DNA of 64,000 bases from Trichosphaerium sp. ATCC 40318 (Eukaryota > Protista > Tubulinea). The translations under genes and the position numbers were made by a program. Below are positions 13,301 to 26,790 of the stretch, in pieces (position 1 is the stretch's first letter; each line of letters opens with the position of its first letter). The notes beneath the pieces were generated by a model, which saw nothing but the letters and a program-made list of their open reading frames with translations, was not told the DNA's origin and did no database searches. The stretch lies in the NCBI GenBank assembly GCA_038496445.1, contig JALMLS010000304.1, forward strand, positions 310,001 through 374,000, written 5' to 3'.

Positions 13301-16300
13301 TTTTATTTATTCTGACTTTGTTTTAATAGCTTTTGGACAATTTCCGAATGATTATACTAAAGAAGTTGTGATTAGTAGAGTATTGACACATGCGTGTCCA
13401 GCAGAATTAGCTACGACGCCAAGGGAGTGTACTGATTCATGTCCTCCAGCTATGAGGGAAATAAGAGTAACGCGAAGAGTAATAGAGTTTAGATGGTATA
13501 CCTAACTTTCGTTTTTAGGACAATGTCACCGTCTGTAGATCATTTTGTTACTTTGAAGTACCTGAAGACGAAGTTGACGCATCTTTATATTGCGATGAAA
13601 CCAGAGGAGAATTAAGAGAAGAAGTAGCTGAAAGTTCTATTGGAGACATCCCTATACCACTTCTTCTTGCGTATGAATTCTGTTTCTTGTGTTTCTCTTA
13701 ACTTTTCTTTTTTTTAGAGAGAATGTGACACTTCCGGGAGGTGATATTCAACGAATATGCCGAATGGCAGCTGGAGTAGATTATAAAGGATGCAAAAACT
13801 TGAATACGTTCGGTGGCCTTTGGTGGTACGTGTTTCCTTCCGTTCTTGCACTAGGTTGCAGTTTCTTATTAGCGTATTAAACAGGCCTGGATACGAATGG
13901 AGAAACGCTTTGTTAGGTAGCGAGGCTTCTTGTGGTGGAATATGCTCAGGAAGACTTCTTGACAGAACAGCGTGTATAGACAATAGCTCGTTCTTTTGTA
14001 CTACAAGTGGCAATTTAGCCACCACAAGCGAACTTTGTGATAGCGTAGGATCTTGTACTGATGAAGAAGCTTGCTATTTTACTACTGAAGAAGATGGTAC
14101 TTGCGAATCCCCAATGACTCTATCTCCGTTTGGTTGCATAGAGCCACGCATTACTAAAGAAACTGCATGCAACAACAATGCTGGTCAATGGATTCCGAAA
14201 GTTTTTACACGTGATGAATGTGTAAACAAGGCTAGTCTTTGTCGCGAAGCAAACTTGGATCCAACACGTGCAATTGGTATTGTCGTTATATCTTTAGGTT
14301 TTTTGTTGTTGTTAGCTTACTTACGCTCTAGATGGCATTTACTCGCTTAAAAATCAAAGTGAATGTGAGAAATGTGGTGGTATTTATGAGCAATATTATA
14401 GCTGGCGTCAAGGAGAGTGGCAAAATACAGAGTGGTTACAGTTATCATGGAAAGCAAGGGAATGGGAATCTGGTACTTATAAATGGGTTGAAACTTTCTC
14501 GTTTGAAGCACTCGAAGAGATTGTTGAACAAGTCGCTGGTGATTTATCAAGCACTCAGAAATACTCTGAAGCTCTTTGCCGATATGGACGTATTAGCGAG
14601 TCTATTGATGTATTGGCTTGCAGTTGTGGTGTTGACAAGAGTAGTGGTTGTGGTATTAACGACGTGCAATCTGTCACAAATCGGTAAGTAGTATTTTTGT
14701 TTGTTTGTGGATATTGTATTAAAACAATGATTGTAGAGCTGCTAAAGTATGTTTTGGTGATAGTACAACATCAATTCCTCATGAGCTAGGGTACATATCA
14801 ATCAACGAGGTACGCAGAATCTACGTTTGAAACAAAGTATCTAAACTATTTGATAGACTACTTTTGAAGCAGTAGGTTCCTTATGCGCAGATTTTCAGCT
14901 ATCCATTAAACCTAAGGAGCAATTTGAGTTATCGGAAGTTGTTTCAACTCTTACAACCATTCCAGACCCAGGCGTTGATTTGCCTGGCATTCTATACCTT
15001 GAAAACAACGACGGCGTGACTGTAGCGGAGATTGTAGGTGACGGTTTTGGTGTTACTGTATCTCCACGTGTTAGTAGCGGCGTACAAGTATGTCTTACAT
15101 TGAAAGATGTCGATGATACTGAATTATCTGTACGCAACTGTAAATGAAACCTTGGCTTCTGCACCTCTAACTTTATTTTTTGTTACAGGGTGCTGATCTA
15201 TTTGGTGTTGCTACATCTACAGATAACTTTAATAGTTTTAATCTACTTGATATCCGAAGCCCAGAATCAGCCAAAGAAATATGTGTTGACCTTGATGATA
15301 CTTTCAGCAGTGGTACTTTCTTCCCTGTGAAAGTTGTACCGAACTCTGATTCTAGGAAGCCCCAAGATTCTTTCAGGTACATAACGAGTTTATCCGAAGT
15401 TACAAGCGATACTTATACATTACCTTAGTGACGCTGAAAAGATTATAATCTGGGGAGGAGCCATGCTCTATTTTATGTATCTCACATTCACTATTCTCAC
15501 TTTCTTCTTGCATTTCAAAGCATGGGACCATAAGTCAAGGTTCTTTGGTGTAACACAAATAGCGTTGGTTATATTGATGCTATTTTTAAGCAGTACGTGG
15601 TTGTCTTATTTTGTTCATTTTTGGTGTAATCGTGATTCTTTTTTCTTTAGTGCGATTGATTTTGTTCATCATTTTGCCTTTGGGTTATGTTTTTCTTGAA
15701 CCTGGTATAAGTGTTGTGTTTTCGGAGTTTCCAGCAGTTTTATTCTTTAGTTTGAACTCCATTATTGTCATTAGATGGTACACTCAATCACAAAAGCACG
15801 GCGGTGTTTTTTTTAACGTGTTTATGTTTAGGGCGGAAATTTGGCATTACAGTATGTCTGGTGGATCAAGAAAAGGTGGTATTAAAAAGCTAAAACCAGT
15901 GATTTTGGGCACAAATGGTATTATGCTTGTAGTTTGGATTATCTTAGTAGCGGTTTACTTTGCTGTACCACCAAAAGGAGTCTCTAGATGTACGACCTTC
16001 ATAACGAAAGATATACGCTCATCTCGTTTGTAGCTTGCTTGAATGTTAATGCTGGTAAGACATACGAAACTGCGGAAATTGTGGCTATAATTTACAAGGT
16101 GCGTGTTCAAGTTGCCATTCTTTTGTTTTCATCTACTTCTACTTTAACTCTTCATCACAGTTGTTCTTTGGTCTTGTATCTTTGGGTATTGGTATTGCAT
16201 TCTCTGTTTATGGTATTAGAATTATAAGGACTATCCAGAGCTCTAAACAGCTTACCGGAAATAAACACTCACAAACAATGCAAAACAAAAAAATTATGAG

Positions 16301-16860
16301 GGTACGGACTTTTAACTAGTTTACGTTGTTGACACATGTCTGATTTTTAATTATAGCTCTCATGGGTCTCTTCTGTATGTACTATTGGTTTGATAGCTCT
16401 TGCAGTCTTCTTAATTTATACTGCCTTTGCAAGGCCAAGCTCTCTGCTTGCTGTTGTAATTTTTTACCTTATCGTTGACCTTGTTCCCAGCACAATCTTC
16501 TTACAGTTATTCCAGTACGTACAACTTAAAACAACATGTTGTTGAAACAAGAAAACCACCAAACTTACACGTTCTAGGCCTACATCGCTATTTGCTAAGA
16601 ACAAGCCAAACACAACATCCAGTACAGTCACTGGTAGCACAAGACTAGCGAGCTCTCGAACAGCTGCGTCTACCAATAACATCAGGGCTGTAAACAATAC
16701 AGAGCTCCAACCTGTTGAATCACCCAAGCCTGCGGGTAATGACGATGAGAGTTCGTCAAACTCAACAGAAAGCTCTTCAGGATTCATTCCTGGAGAGCCT
16801 AATAACGCCACAGAAGACAGTGAGGAGAGCTCCTCAGGCTTTATCCCTGGTGAGGACTAA
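10320..16860 (+). CDS. Giant Cys-rich ectodomain + C-terminal 7TM (THH1/TOM1/GPR137-like) receptor-like protein (~24 introns)
   Basis: Signal peptide MCALKIIAALVILIVCALTHG; >1000 aa Cys-rich ectodomain; seven hydrophobic segments from ~15440, including EFPAVLFFSLNSIIVIRWAEIWH and FYLIVDLVPSTIFL; Ser/Thr-rich tail; stop TAA at 16858-16860. Confidence 0.8.
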
Positions 16861-16978
16861 AACCGGTGGTATTTGTCATTTTCTGGTGTTACCTTTTGTA
16901 GAATAAAGTTCAGTGAAATTTACTTGTATTCCGCCGTCAACCACATTCATTTTACTTTGTGCGGTTTGAAATAGGTGA

Positions 16979-19223
16979 ATGGCTTCTACGAGAATAGATC
17001 AATACGAAATGATGTCCAATAGTGTCCAGAAAGTAGATCTAAAACAATTTTCGTCTTCCATCCACAGTGAGCTCTCCGCCATTAAAACCGCACACAAAGG
17101 CTACGAAACTGAGTCACCGAGCGTTGTAGAGAGCGAAGATGGCGAATTGCGGGAAGAACCGGAAAAAGCTTCCGCACCGCATTCTAGAACCATTAAAGCT
17201 TACAAGCTTGGAGATATGGTGGGTCAGGGTGCCTATTCGTACGTTACAACAGCGATTTGCCTTCTCCTGGATGATTCATTTTGTCGTTTAAAATGACGAC
17301 CTAAGCATCTTTCAAGGCGTGTATTAAAAGCACAGGCGAGAATTACCAAAAAATATGTTGCTATCAAGGAGGTAGACCTAGACCAAGAAGATCAGGGAGT
17401 AAGAACCCTTTTTTTGATACCTTTAATCGAAAAAACTAACAAAACCAGATCCCTATTAACAGTCTGAGGGAAATTACCATTCTCCAAACGTTGGACCTTC
17501 ACCCAAACATCATTAGACTTAACGAGGTGCTTTGTGAACGTCCTGCATTCAACAAGAAGACGGCAGGAAAGATTTACCTCGTGTTTGGTATGTTCTGAGC
17601 AAAATAGCCCTCCTTTCTCTTCAAAATAGCTACTCTTACGTCTTGATCGATTTTAACATTCGAGGTGACGTCACGTCGCTTGGAAAAACTTTCTTTTTCG
17701 TTTTTATCATCTTGTGTTGTTTAAAAGACTCAAACGGTCTCAAGAGTATATGGACATTGACTTGGAGAAGCTTATACGCAACTATAATTATGAAATGCCT
17801 CCGAACGTGGTGAAGTGCTTCGCACATCAAATTTTTACCGGTTTGGCTCATATTCATGCCAATGGTATCTTACACAGGGATATGAAGCGTATGTTACTTT
17901 TTTCCATGGTTAAATAGCCTACTTTCACCTCAGGCGTCGTTTTTCGCTTTGCACCTTTACTGTTTTTTTTTGTGGAATTCTACTAGTTTACTCCGTTTTA
18001 AGCATCTAATATACTCGTGAATCGAAAGGGTGAGGTAAAGATTGGTGATTTCGGTCTGTCTATAAAACCCGTACGAACTTTTTCTGTTGATTGAAATAAT
18101 CTGCTCTCTGAGAGGGAACTTTGTTCTTACAGTTTTTATTTTTTTTCATATTTTCTGTACTGTTTTAACCCACTACGTAAAGGCAAGGCGCAACCAAGAC
18201 AAGGAGACTAATGTTGTGACTATGTGGTATAGAGCACCAGAATTACTTCTGGGCATGAAAAACTATACGGTTAGTGCTTGAATACTTCCTCGTTGTTATA
18301 TTTTGTTTTTTTGCGTTATTGCGAAAAAAAACACCAAAGTAAAACCTGTAACAGGCAGCGATTGATAACTGGTCTGCTGGTTGTATACTTGCGGAAATGA
18401 TGCTCAGAGAAGCCTTGTTGCCGGGAGACAATCATATTCAGCAATTAGATCGCATATTCCACTTGTGTGGTACGTTTTTTATTGTTCTTATTTTTTCTCC
18501 ACTTTTGAAGAATTTTTTTCCGGAATTCTCAAAAAACAGTCAAATCTTGTTCTCCCTTGCAGTCTATTTGTATTTCACACCTTTTTGGGATACAGTGTGA
18601 GCGTTTACTACCTATTTTTATTTATTTGCGCCACCAGAGGGACTGCAATTTCTTTTTTTAAACGTCTCCTCTCTTGCGCTCATTTTATTCTGTTAGGTAC
18701 TCCAGAGGATACATGGCCACAAGCGAGAACTTTACCGCTATGGAATAAACTACAACCACGTTATAAAGCCAACAACACGTTTCACAAAAGATTCGAAGAG
18801 CGACCAGAAGAAGTCCTTAGCATAATATACCATCTCCTCACATTAAATCCAGAGAAACGTATGACAATGTCACAAGCTTTGAGATCAACATACTTCTCTA
18901 AAGGAGTGCAAGCTTGCTCTCCCTCAGGTATTAAACTACCTGATCCTTCCCAAAAACCTCGTTCCAAACGACATCGAGACGACTTCTACTATCAAGTGGC
19001 AAACCCACCGAATAGAAAGAGACGACGAATATCACGGTCACCACAAGATAGACGAGACTATAGACGGGAAGATAGACGAGGTGATAGACGAGGTGATAGA
19101 CGAGACGATAGATACGATCAGCGATACAGATCACAACGTCGGGATTACCGTAGCTCTGATGGTGGTTACAGAAAGTATCAGGATAGATATTACAATGATC
19201 GCAATAATAGACGAAGCATGTGA
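16979..19223 (+). CDS. Cyclin-dependent kinase, transcriptional CDK9/CDK12-like, with Arg/Asp-rich tail (7 introns)
   Basis: [21 protein letters not shown] (PITALRE-type), [43 protein letters not shown]. Confidence 0.93.
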
Positions 19224-19442
19224 TTACCCTCTTTCTCTTCTCTACTTTCATTTCATTGTGCTGTTCTTGTATTCTCTGGTGAACCTTGAGTTTTCTTTGG
19301 AGCTGGGTTGTAACTATCTCAGGGCTTTTTTTTTGGTTCTAGATTAGCATCTTTGACTTGTGTTGAAAGATCTAGCTAGTACTATATTCACTTCCAAACA
19401 ATGTAAAATAAAAAAATAATTGTACAAACCGCACTCATTTTT

Positions 19443-19777
19443 TTAATTGTATTTTTTGCAGCTATTAAAACTCACTCCACAGCAACCAAACTCGCTCAGA
19501 CATAGTGTGATTGCTGTACGTTGTAAGCAGTATGATTCTTTTCGGTCATCGCCAAAAGCAGTACATGTTCTAGCACTATACGAATGAATACCAGCAAGAC
19601 TTTCAATGCCTTCATCTGTCACGTGTATACAACCCTCAAGTTCTTTAATAGGGGAAACAGCTGTATTTTCAAAACGTCACCCAACTCGATATTCATCTGT
19701 CAACTGGATGTATCTACAAAGGTTGATGGTGTGAACACCAACAAGTGACTTTAAGCCTTCATCCGTCAATTGTCTTC
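19443..19777 (-). pseudogene. Decayed fragment of the GVHTI-type LRR family
   Basis: Minus strand reads QLTDEGLKSLVGVHTINLCRYIQLTDE...stop, then GCIHVTDEGIESLAGIHS; same repeat as 5020-6070; no start or F-box. Confidence 0.7.
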
Positions 19778-19882
19778 CTAGAAACACGTGGTATGAGAGC
19801 TTTAGTTTATTATTTACAGTTGCTGTTGGAGTACTTTGGGTAACAAGGCTTTACATTTTGTTTTTGACATTAAGAGGATTCT

Positions 19883-22707
19883 CTATAAACCAAATAAATC
19901 ATCTTGTGCACGAGATATTTGACGCGTTTTAGTATTCTCTTGGTATTTCTTTACAGCTTGTTGTGCCTTTTCTTCCAAGTTTTGGTTTGTGTCAAACTTA
20001 TTATTGAAAGTATATTCAAGCTCTGATAAGTTTTCTGTTCAAAAATAAAGTGAGTACAAACAAAAGAAAAGAAAACGAAAAAAAACCTTCACGTTTTTAG
20101 AAGAAGGATAAATTCTTCCTTCATGCTCACTTAACGAATGTATAAGTTCTGTCCATACTATGCGTAGTGCATAGTCACTGTGTAATAGTACAAAATATTG
20201 GTAAAGGAGCATGAAGAAAGTATTTATCAGACATTGACGAACAGCCAAAAAAAAAAATCACGTGTGAGAAATCTCAACTTGCCTTGTAAGTCTTCTAGTC
20301 TATTTATACTTGATTTATGCTCAGCACCTTCTAACTGAAGGAAATAACGTTTTAAGTCTCTTATATCACGTATTAAAGATACTAGCTTCTCTTTTAGTTT
20401 TGTCTGTTTTTCAACATCTTCATTTCCTCCTTCATGGTTTGAAATCTCTTCAAGTAATTGGAACAAACGCTTTTCTAAAACAAAACCATAAGTACCAACA
20501 ACAACAAAAGTCGACAAAGGTTTGCACAGAAAGTGGTGACCAACGTGGAGCAACTAGCGATAGCACAAAACTGAGAAAAAAAAGGTTTTTTTTCCTTGCA
20601 TTGCACGTGTTGTTTTTCATAGCAAGTATTAAAGTACGTACCAACTTCTGGTATACTTGATGGGTTTCCAAGTGAAGTACTTGATTGGCCAATTGCTTGA
20701 GTTGAATCTCTAACATACTTTTTTATTTGTTCAAGCCTGCTCACTATTGATGGACCATCTTGTCTGTTTTGATAAATGCTAATATCGCGTCCTAAATCAC
20801 CAAATAATTTTCCTATACGCTTATACTCTTCCTGGTAAATGAAGTTAGTTGATAAAAACCACGTGACACGTGCCAACGAGTAGGTTTTTGAAAAAGAAAA
20901 CTTTTTTATTCAATCCAAAAAAAACTTGCACAGTGATCATGTACGTTGTGTTATGTTCCTTTTTTTACACTGTAAATAAATACTACAAATGAAAAAGGGC
21001 GTTTTCATTGTGCAGTTGATTTTTACAACGAATTTTTTGTCTTTTCCAGAAAAAGTAAAATAGTACCTTTAACTCTGATTTTGGCTTCGTTGCAAAGTTA
21101 GCCACAATATCTTCTGCCTCCCTCATGTAATCTTCCATCCTTATTTGAACGGCACCTAAACAATATTATTTCATAAAACAAAACCTCTTCACAGGAAGTG
21201 CCTTTAACATACTTTTGTTCTTGTCATTTGTTTGCTGCGTAAATTGATTCATGACAGTCTCTCCTACATGTTCCTCCCAACTTGACGCTATGCCTACACA
21301 AATAATGAGTAATCTCTTTGTTCTATAAATTACTTACCAATATAAGTATCAAGTATATTTAATACACGCTGGAACTCTTCCTGCTGTTGTAAAGAAGCAT
21401 CAAGTCTCTACAAAAAAAAATGTCAACGTCAAAACACAAGCTAAAAACCAAACAGCTGTACTGCTTCTCTATATACTCTGTATTGTAATGGCGAAAAAAT
21501 AAAGTAATGAACACGACTAAAGGGAAAAAAAACCATGCATTAAAACGTGTCACGTGATTTTTTCAAACAAAAAAAGGCAACGAAACATACAAGAGTATCG
21601 ATTGTTGATTGAAACTCGTTCAATGCCTGCATAATAGATGCACCTATATTTGTAAGAATATTAAGAGAAACCAATACACGTACGTCTGGATGATGTATTT
21701 TCAAGTACAGTAAACTTACGCTGAATACTTGCTTCATTAGCAAGAGAATGTCTGATATCTTCAAGTTGGTTTATATTCTCCTTTAAAACAAAAAAGTCAG
21801 AGCCTTATTTTTCAATTTATACAAACTTAGCACGTACAGTCACACTCATCACTATTGCGCCAGCAAAGTATTCTTCTCCGTTCTCTGTTATAAGAATTTC
21901 TGGAACTGAAGCAGCTAAGTTATTGATACGAAACGAAACAGCCTTATCTTCTTCCTACAAAGAATTATTAGCTAAACTATTCTTCGTTTCATGAATGTCA
22001 CATATCGCTACTTTACTATACTTCCAGACGTACAACAGGTTTATTCATAGATGATAACTTGAACAATTGAACAAGATCTGGTAACTCAAAGTACTCTTCT
22101 TTCAAGCTGTTGAAGTACTCTACAATAGAAATTAGAGCGCTTTTAGTACAAAAAAAAAGACTTTAAGATTTTTTGTTGTTCACTTCATATTCCTCTTGTA
22201 GCGTTATCTCAGTTGATAAAGTGAGCGGTTAAGCCTTGTTACAGGCAAAATAGTCGTGATTGTGAATAAATAGAATATTCTCAAATATTGACGTTTAATA
22301 TTCTAATAATGAACGTACGTTCTAGCTCTACCCTTCGTTTGTCTATTTTTTCTTCTTCTGAGCCAAAAAATGTTATTGTACCAAATCTCGACGGAAATTT
22401 TGCGTGTTTATCTCCTCTGAACGTCTCTTTTAACTATATAATCGTAGAATAAGGGCTAAAGACATTTTGACGGTTGAACTTTTTTACCTTTTGGTGAATT
22501 GCCAGCATTTCGCTATAACGCGCTACTACACGCTTTTCTTTACCATGATACAAAACGTCAATGTTAAAACCCTACAAATTGGTTTGTAAAACATGAGTGT
22601 TATACACGCACATAACTGTTTAGTTCCAGCATACGAAGGGTTGAAACAAAGCGAAATTTTGGTTTGGAGCTAGTAACATCTTCCGACGCGACTGGATCTC
22701 TCTCCAT
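19883..22707 (-). CDS. PX-domain protein with coiled-coil C-terminus (~11 introns)
   Basis: Spliced GFNIDVLYHGKEKRVVARYSEMLAIHQKLKETF...KFPSR...IDKRRVELEQYFNSL (PX RYSE and RRxxLExY motifs); ends DDLFGL-TAG. Confidence 0.8.
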
Positions 22708-23016
22708 TGGCGACAGCAATTATGGTTTGGGCGAATTTCTGTACTAATGAGCCAGAAGGACTTACGAGAATGAACTTAATCACTGATTTCTTCCTGTTGT
22801 CACAAACTCGTGTGCAGAATCTGACCAATAGCGATAAGTACGTGTACTCAAGGTGTAGGGACCGTTGGAACTTTTTTTGCAGTTTTGGTATCCGCCGATT
22901 GTAGAATACCTCTACGGCTACAAAGCTCGCTGTACAATGAGATTGCCATTACTTTGAATGTTTTAATGATACGAAAAATAATTGTTCTTTAAGGGTTGAT
23001 GGTTTAGAGCATAACC

Positions 23017-26000
23017 ATGGACTTTGAACGACAAGGTACGTGAATTGTGGAAGTTATCGTTTTAACTCAATGTTTCCAGCCGAACAGTGGAAAAAGCTAG
23101 CAAAGGGCCTAGAGTTAGCGTTGAAGGCCGAACGAGATAGCACCAAATACTTTCAAGTACGTTTCTTTTTCAACTTTCCAAAAAACCTCAATTCCACGCT
23201 GTATACGCGGAGTGCTTGTTACTAGCCCTGAACATCTCGTAACTTGTACAAATTAATGTTGTAAATAGGATGAGCTTAAACTGAGCAAAGAACGAGAAGA
23301 AAAGCGAAAAAAAGAGTGCTTTAAGCTTCAACGACACATAAAACAGCTAAAAAAGAAGAATTCTGCGTTACACGCAAGGCTCGGTGAAGAATCTCCATTA
23401 TCGCCAAGAACAGAAGCAAGCAGTGATGAATCATCAGATAATAGCGATGAAGAGAAGCCAAAACGTCCGTATCAGTTTTTAGTTGCAAACAGTTTTCTCA
23501 CGTTTTTTTGACAGCTACTGCCGAACCAACTCCACAAATAACAGTGGTAACATCACCTAAAATTACAAAGAAGCCATTTATACTTAAAAAAGCAAACACA
23601 TTTGCAGGTGGGGACATAGAACAGGTACATAAACCAAAAACAAAACTTACACAAAGAAAAACTTGCTTTTACGTCTTTCCCTATCGACTTATATTTGTGC
23701 AGTCTACAAAAAGAAAATCAAATAAACCTCGTAAGGCTTCAGTAGAAGCCATGTTATCTGATCTTGCTTCACCAGTGTCAAGAGGTACGACTCAGAAACA
23801 AAAAAACAAGAAAAATTAATATCTTGCCTCTGATTTATTCTTTTTTCACATTAGAGCAGCTAAGAAGAGAGATAAGAAAACAACGTATGCTGGCGAGTTC
23901 TGTACCAACCCGACGCAAGATGTTAAGAACTCCATCTCAATCACCTCGCAGCGGATCAGAGACTAGTATAGCTACCACGTACGTATACAAACAACCAAGT
24001 TGCCACTACCGTATTAATATCTCATAGTTCACTAAATAAGCGCCCCAAGAGTAAGAGAGAGGCAAACTCTGGGAGCCTGACAACTAGACACATGAAAAAG
24101 AAGAAACCTCCAATGAAAAGAACAAAATCGGTTGGCCCTCAACCAGCCAAGTAAGCAACATCTCTATCATAGTAACTAACATTTTTTAAACAAAAGGAGC
24201 GAGAAGGGACATTCAAGAATGAGAAGTGTTGATTTGGCTAAATCATACTCTGTTGGAGCTGAACGCAACCTTGATGATAGTAGAGGAAGAGCATCTGGTA
24301 ATGTGCCTCTACATCTTCAAAAAGATTTTCCTTCAAAGCCTCCTTTGGAGCGTAGTAATAGTATAAAGCGTAAAAGAGGACGCAAGGACTTGACTATTGT
24401 CCGTGAAGTAAGTGCTCATCTTGGGCTGTTTGTCTTTGGGTTCTTTTGTTGTTTCTTTGTATTGATTATTTATTATTAAGGTTGTATATGAAGAGGGTCA
24501 CGAGGGCGATATGGAACAGATTAGTGCTGCAACTCTAGAATGGATTGTAAAGAAATTAATATCAGGAAAACAAAACGTGGATATGGAAGCTGCCTTTCTC
24601 ACGAATTTTCGCGAGTACTGCACACCAGTACGTTCACTCTTTTTTTCAAAAGTAAAAGTCGCCAAAACAAAGAAATCGCCACAAAGCACTTACTTGTGTT
24701 CTTCTTTTTGGGTGCTTTTTTTGGTTTTTTTTTTTTTTTTGAAGTTTTTAGTTTTTCATTCAAACGAAGCTCGCTTTACTTGACTTGTACTTGGTACAAA
24801 ACTCATTATATTCTTTTCTTATAGTTATCACTATTTGAGGAGATATTATCCGCATATAATAGTGCAAAAGAAGGTCAAATGCGTCGCGATAAAAGAAATG
24901 TTTTTGAGAGTTCAAACTCTAACAAATCACTTTCATTATCTCGTCCTACAGAGACTTCAAAGGATAAGTTATCTTATGATAGAGTTATCCAATTACTTAA
25001 AAAATGGATATCCTCTTATGCAAACTATGGTGATTTTAAAGCGCCAAGTATGCTAAGCGCTGTTAATAACTTTATCCATGTTACTCTAAAAGAAGATAAT
25101 TTGACTGCAAGTCAAACACTCTCTACCCTCCTCACTCAACAGCAGGTACCATACTTTTTCTTTAAAGCACTTTTTCCTATCTCCAAAGTTAAGGCGATAT
25201 CCTTCATCAACCAAACTTATCGAGAAGGGCCTTGACGTGAAGAAATTTTGGGTTTTTTAGTTAGACGAAAAAAAGAAGATTGGGTTTTTTTACCCTCCTG
25301 AAGTTCGTTGTGTTTCTTATTTTTTTCTTTCTTTTAGACTCCACAACTAGATACTATTACACCACGACTTAATTCAAAGATTCCTGAGCCGTTAGTATCA
25401 AGAGATATTAGAAAAAGTGATCAACTTGGTGATGACTTTAATCTTTTCGATGTGTCTCCCTTAGAGATTGCAAGACAATTGACATTGATTGATTTTAAAA
25501 TGTACTACTCTATAAAAGAGTGGGAATGTCTTGAACAAGCATGGAACCAGGTACGAGTGTTAGGCTGTAAGAAGTTCTCAGTTTTTTGATAATTTTTCTA
25601 CAAAGTGACTTTTTTTTTGTTATATGTTGATTGACTTCTTGGTATAGGATGAAAAGGAAAAGAAAGCACCTTCAATTGTCACAATTATACGTACGATTAA
25701 AATTATTGATATTTTGTTTTCAATTTGAAGAGAAAAGAGCGAAAACAGCAAAAAAATATTCTTTTCTAACTACCGTTTTTTTTCATGTTTCAATTTCTCT
25801 ATTTCTCACTAAATTCTGAATTAGAGCGTTTTAATAACGTTGCACAATGGGTAGTAGTCGAAGTTTTAGATGTAAAAGACGTCAAGAAGCGAACAGCAGC
25901 TATTGCCTTCTTTGTTAAACTAGCTGAGGTACAGATTCCTTTTGTTACTAAACATGGTTTTACAAGTCAAACTCATTATATTAACTTTTTCTTTTAAGCA

Positions 26001-26790
26001 TTGCAAAGAGCTTCATAACCTCAACACTGTTGTTGCAGTAGTATCAGGACTATGCAAATCGAGTATATCCCGTTTAAAACGCACTTGGGCTGTACGTTCT
26101 CCGTTTTTCGTCCAAGTGTTTCGTGCTACATCAAACTGACTGTTATTCAAAAAAGGGTCTTTCCAAGAGATGCATGGATAATTTTAATGGTCTTCTTGAG
26201 TTTGTTTCACAAACTGATAGTTTTGGACGTCTTCGTGAAGCAATGTCTCACTGCATGCCGCCATGTGTACCATATATAGGTACGCACAACCTACAAACAT
26301 TAAGCTCAAGTTTATTTTTTCTTTCCTCTTCACTTTTTCGACGTAAAAGAATGGGTGATAAGTCATGTGGTTTTTACCGTTCTTTTTACTGCTTCAAAAT
26401 TCTCGACGTAGATTGTGTCTGCCGACAGTTCCGCTTTTTTTCCATTTGCTGCTTTGAAATCAAAGTTTTTTCTTCTTCTTTCAATTTTGAGCTAACTGTT
26501 GGTTTTTCTTAGGCATGTACCTTCAAGATTTAACGTTTATACATGAGGGTAACTCTTCATTGGTTGAAATAGATGGACGTTATTTAGTAAATGTTTACAA
26601 GTGTAAACTTGTGACATCTGCTATTCGTCAACTTGTAAAGTTTCAAGCTATTAGTTATCCTTTCAAGTCTGTACGTTCGCTACAGTATTATCTTTTGCAT
26701 ATAAAGCATAAAGATGATAAGGAGTTATATGCTACATCACTTATTTTGGAACCACGTCAAAATAGCGGACTCAGTAGTTCGAACAAGTAA
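23017..26790 (+). CDS. RasGEF (coiled-coil N-terminus, REM and CDC25 domains)
   Basis: [82 protein letters not shown]. Confidence 0.92.

Noticed and set aside
20039-20140. Possible GA-AG intron in the PX gene
   Set aside because: A canonical phase-1 donor TTA A|GTGAGC resolves the junction
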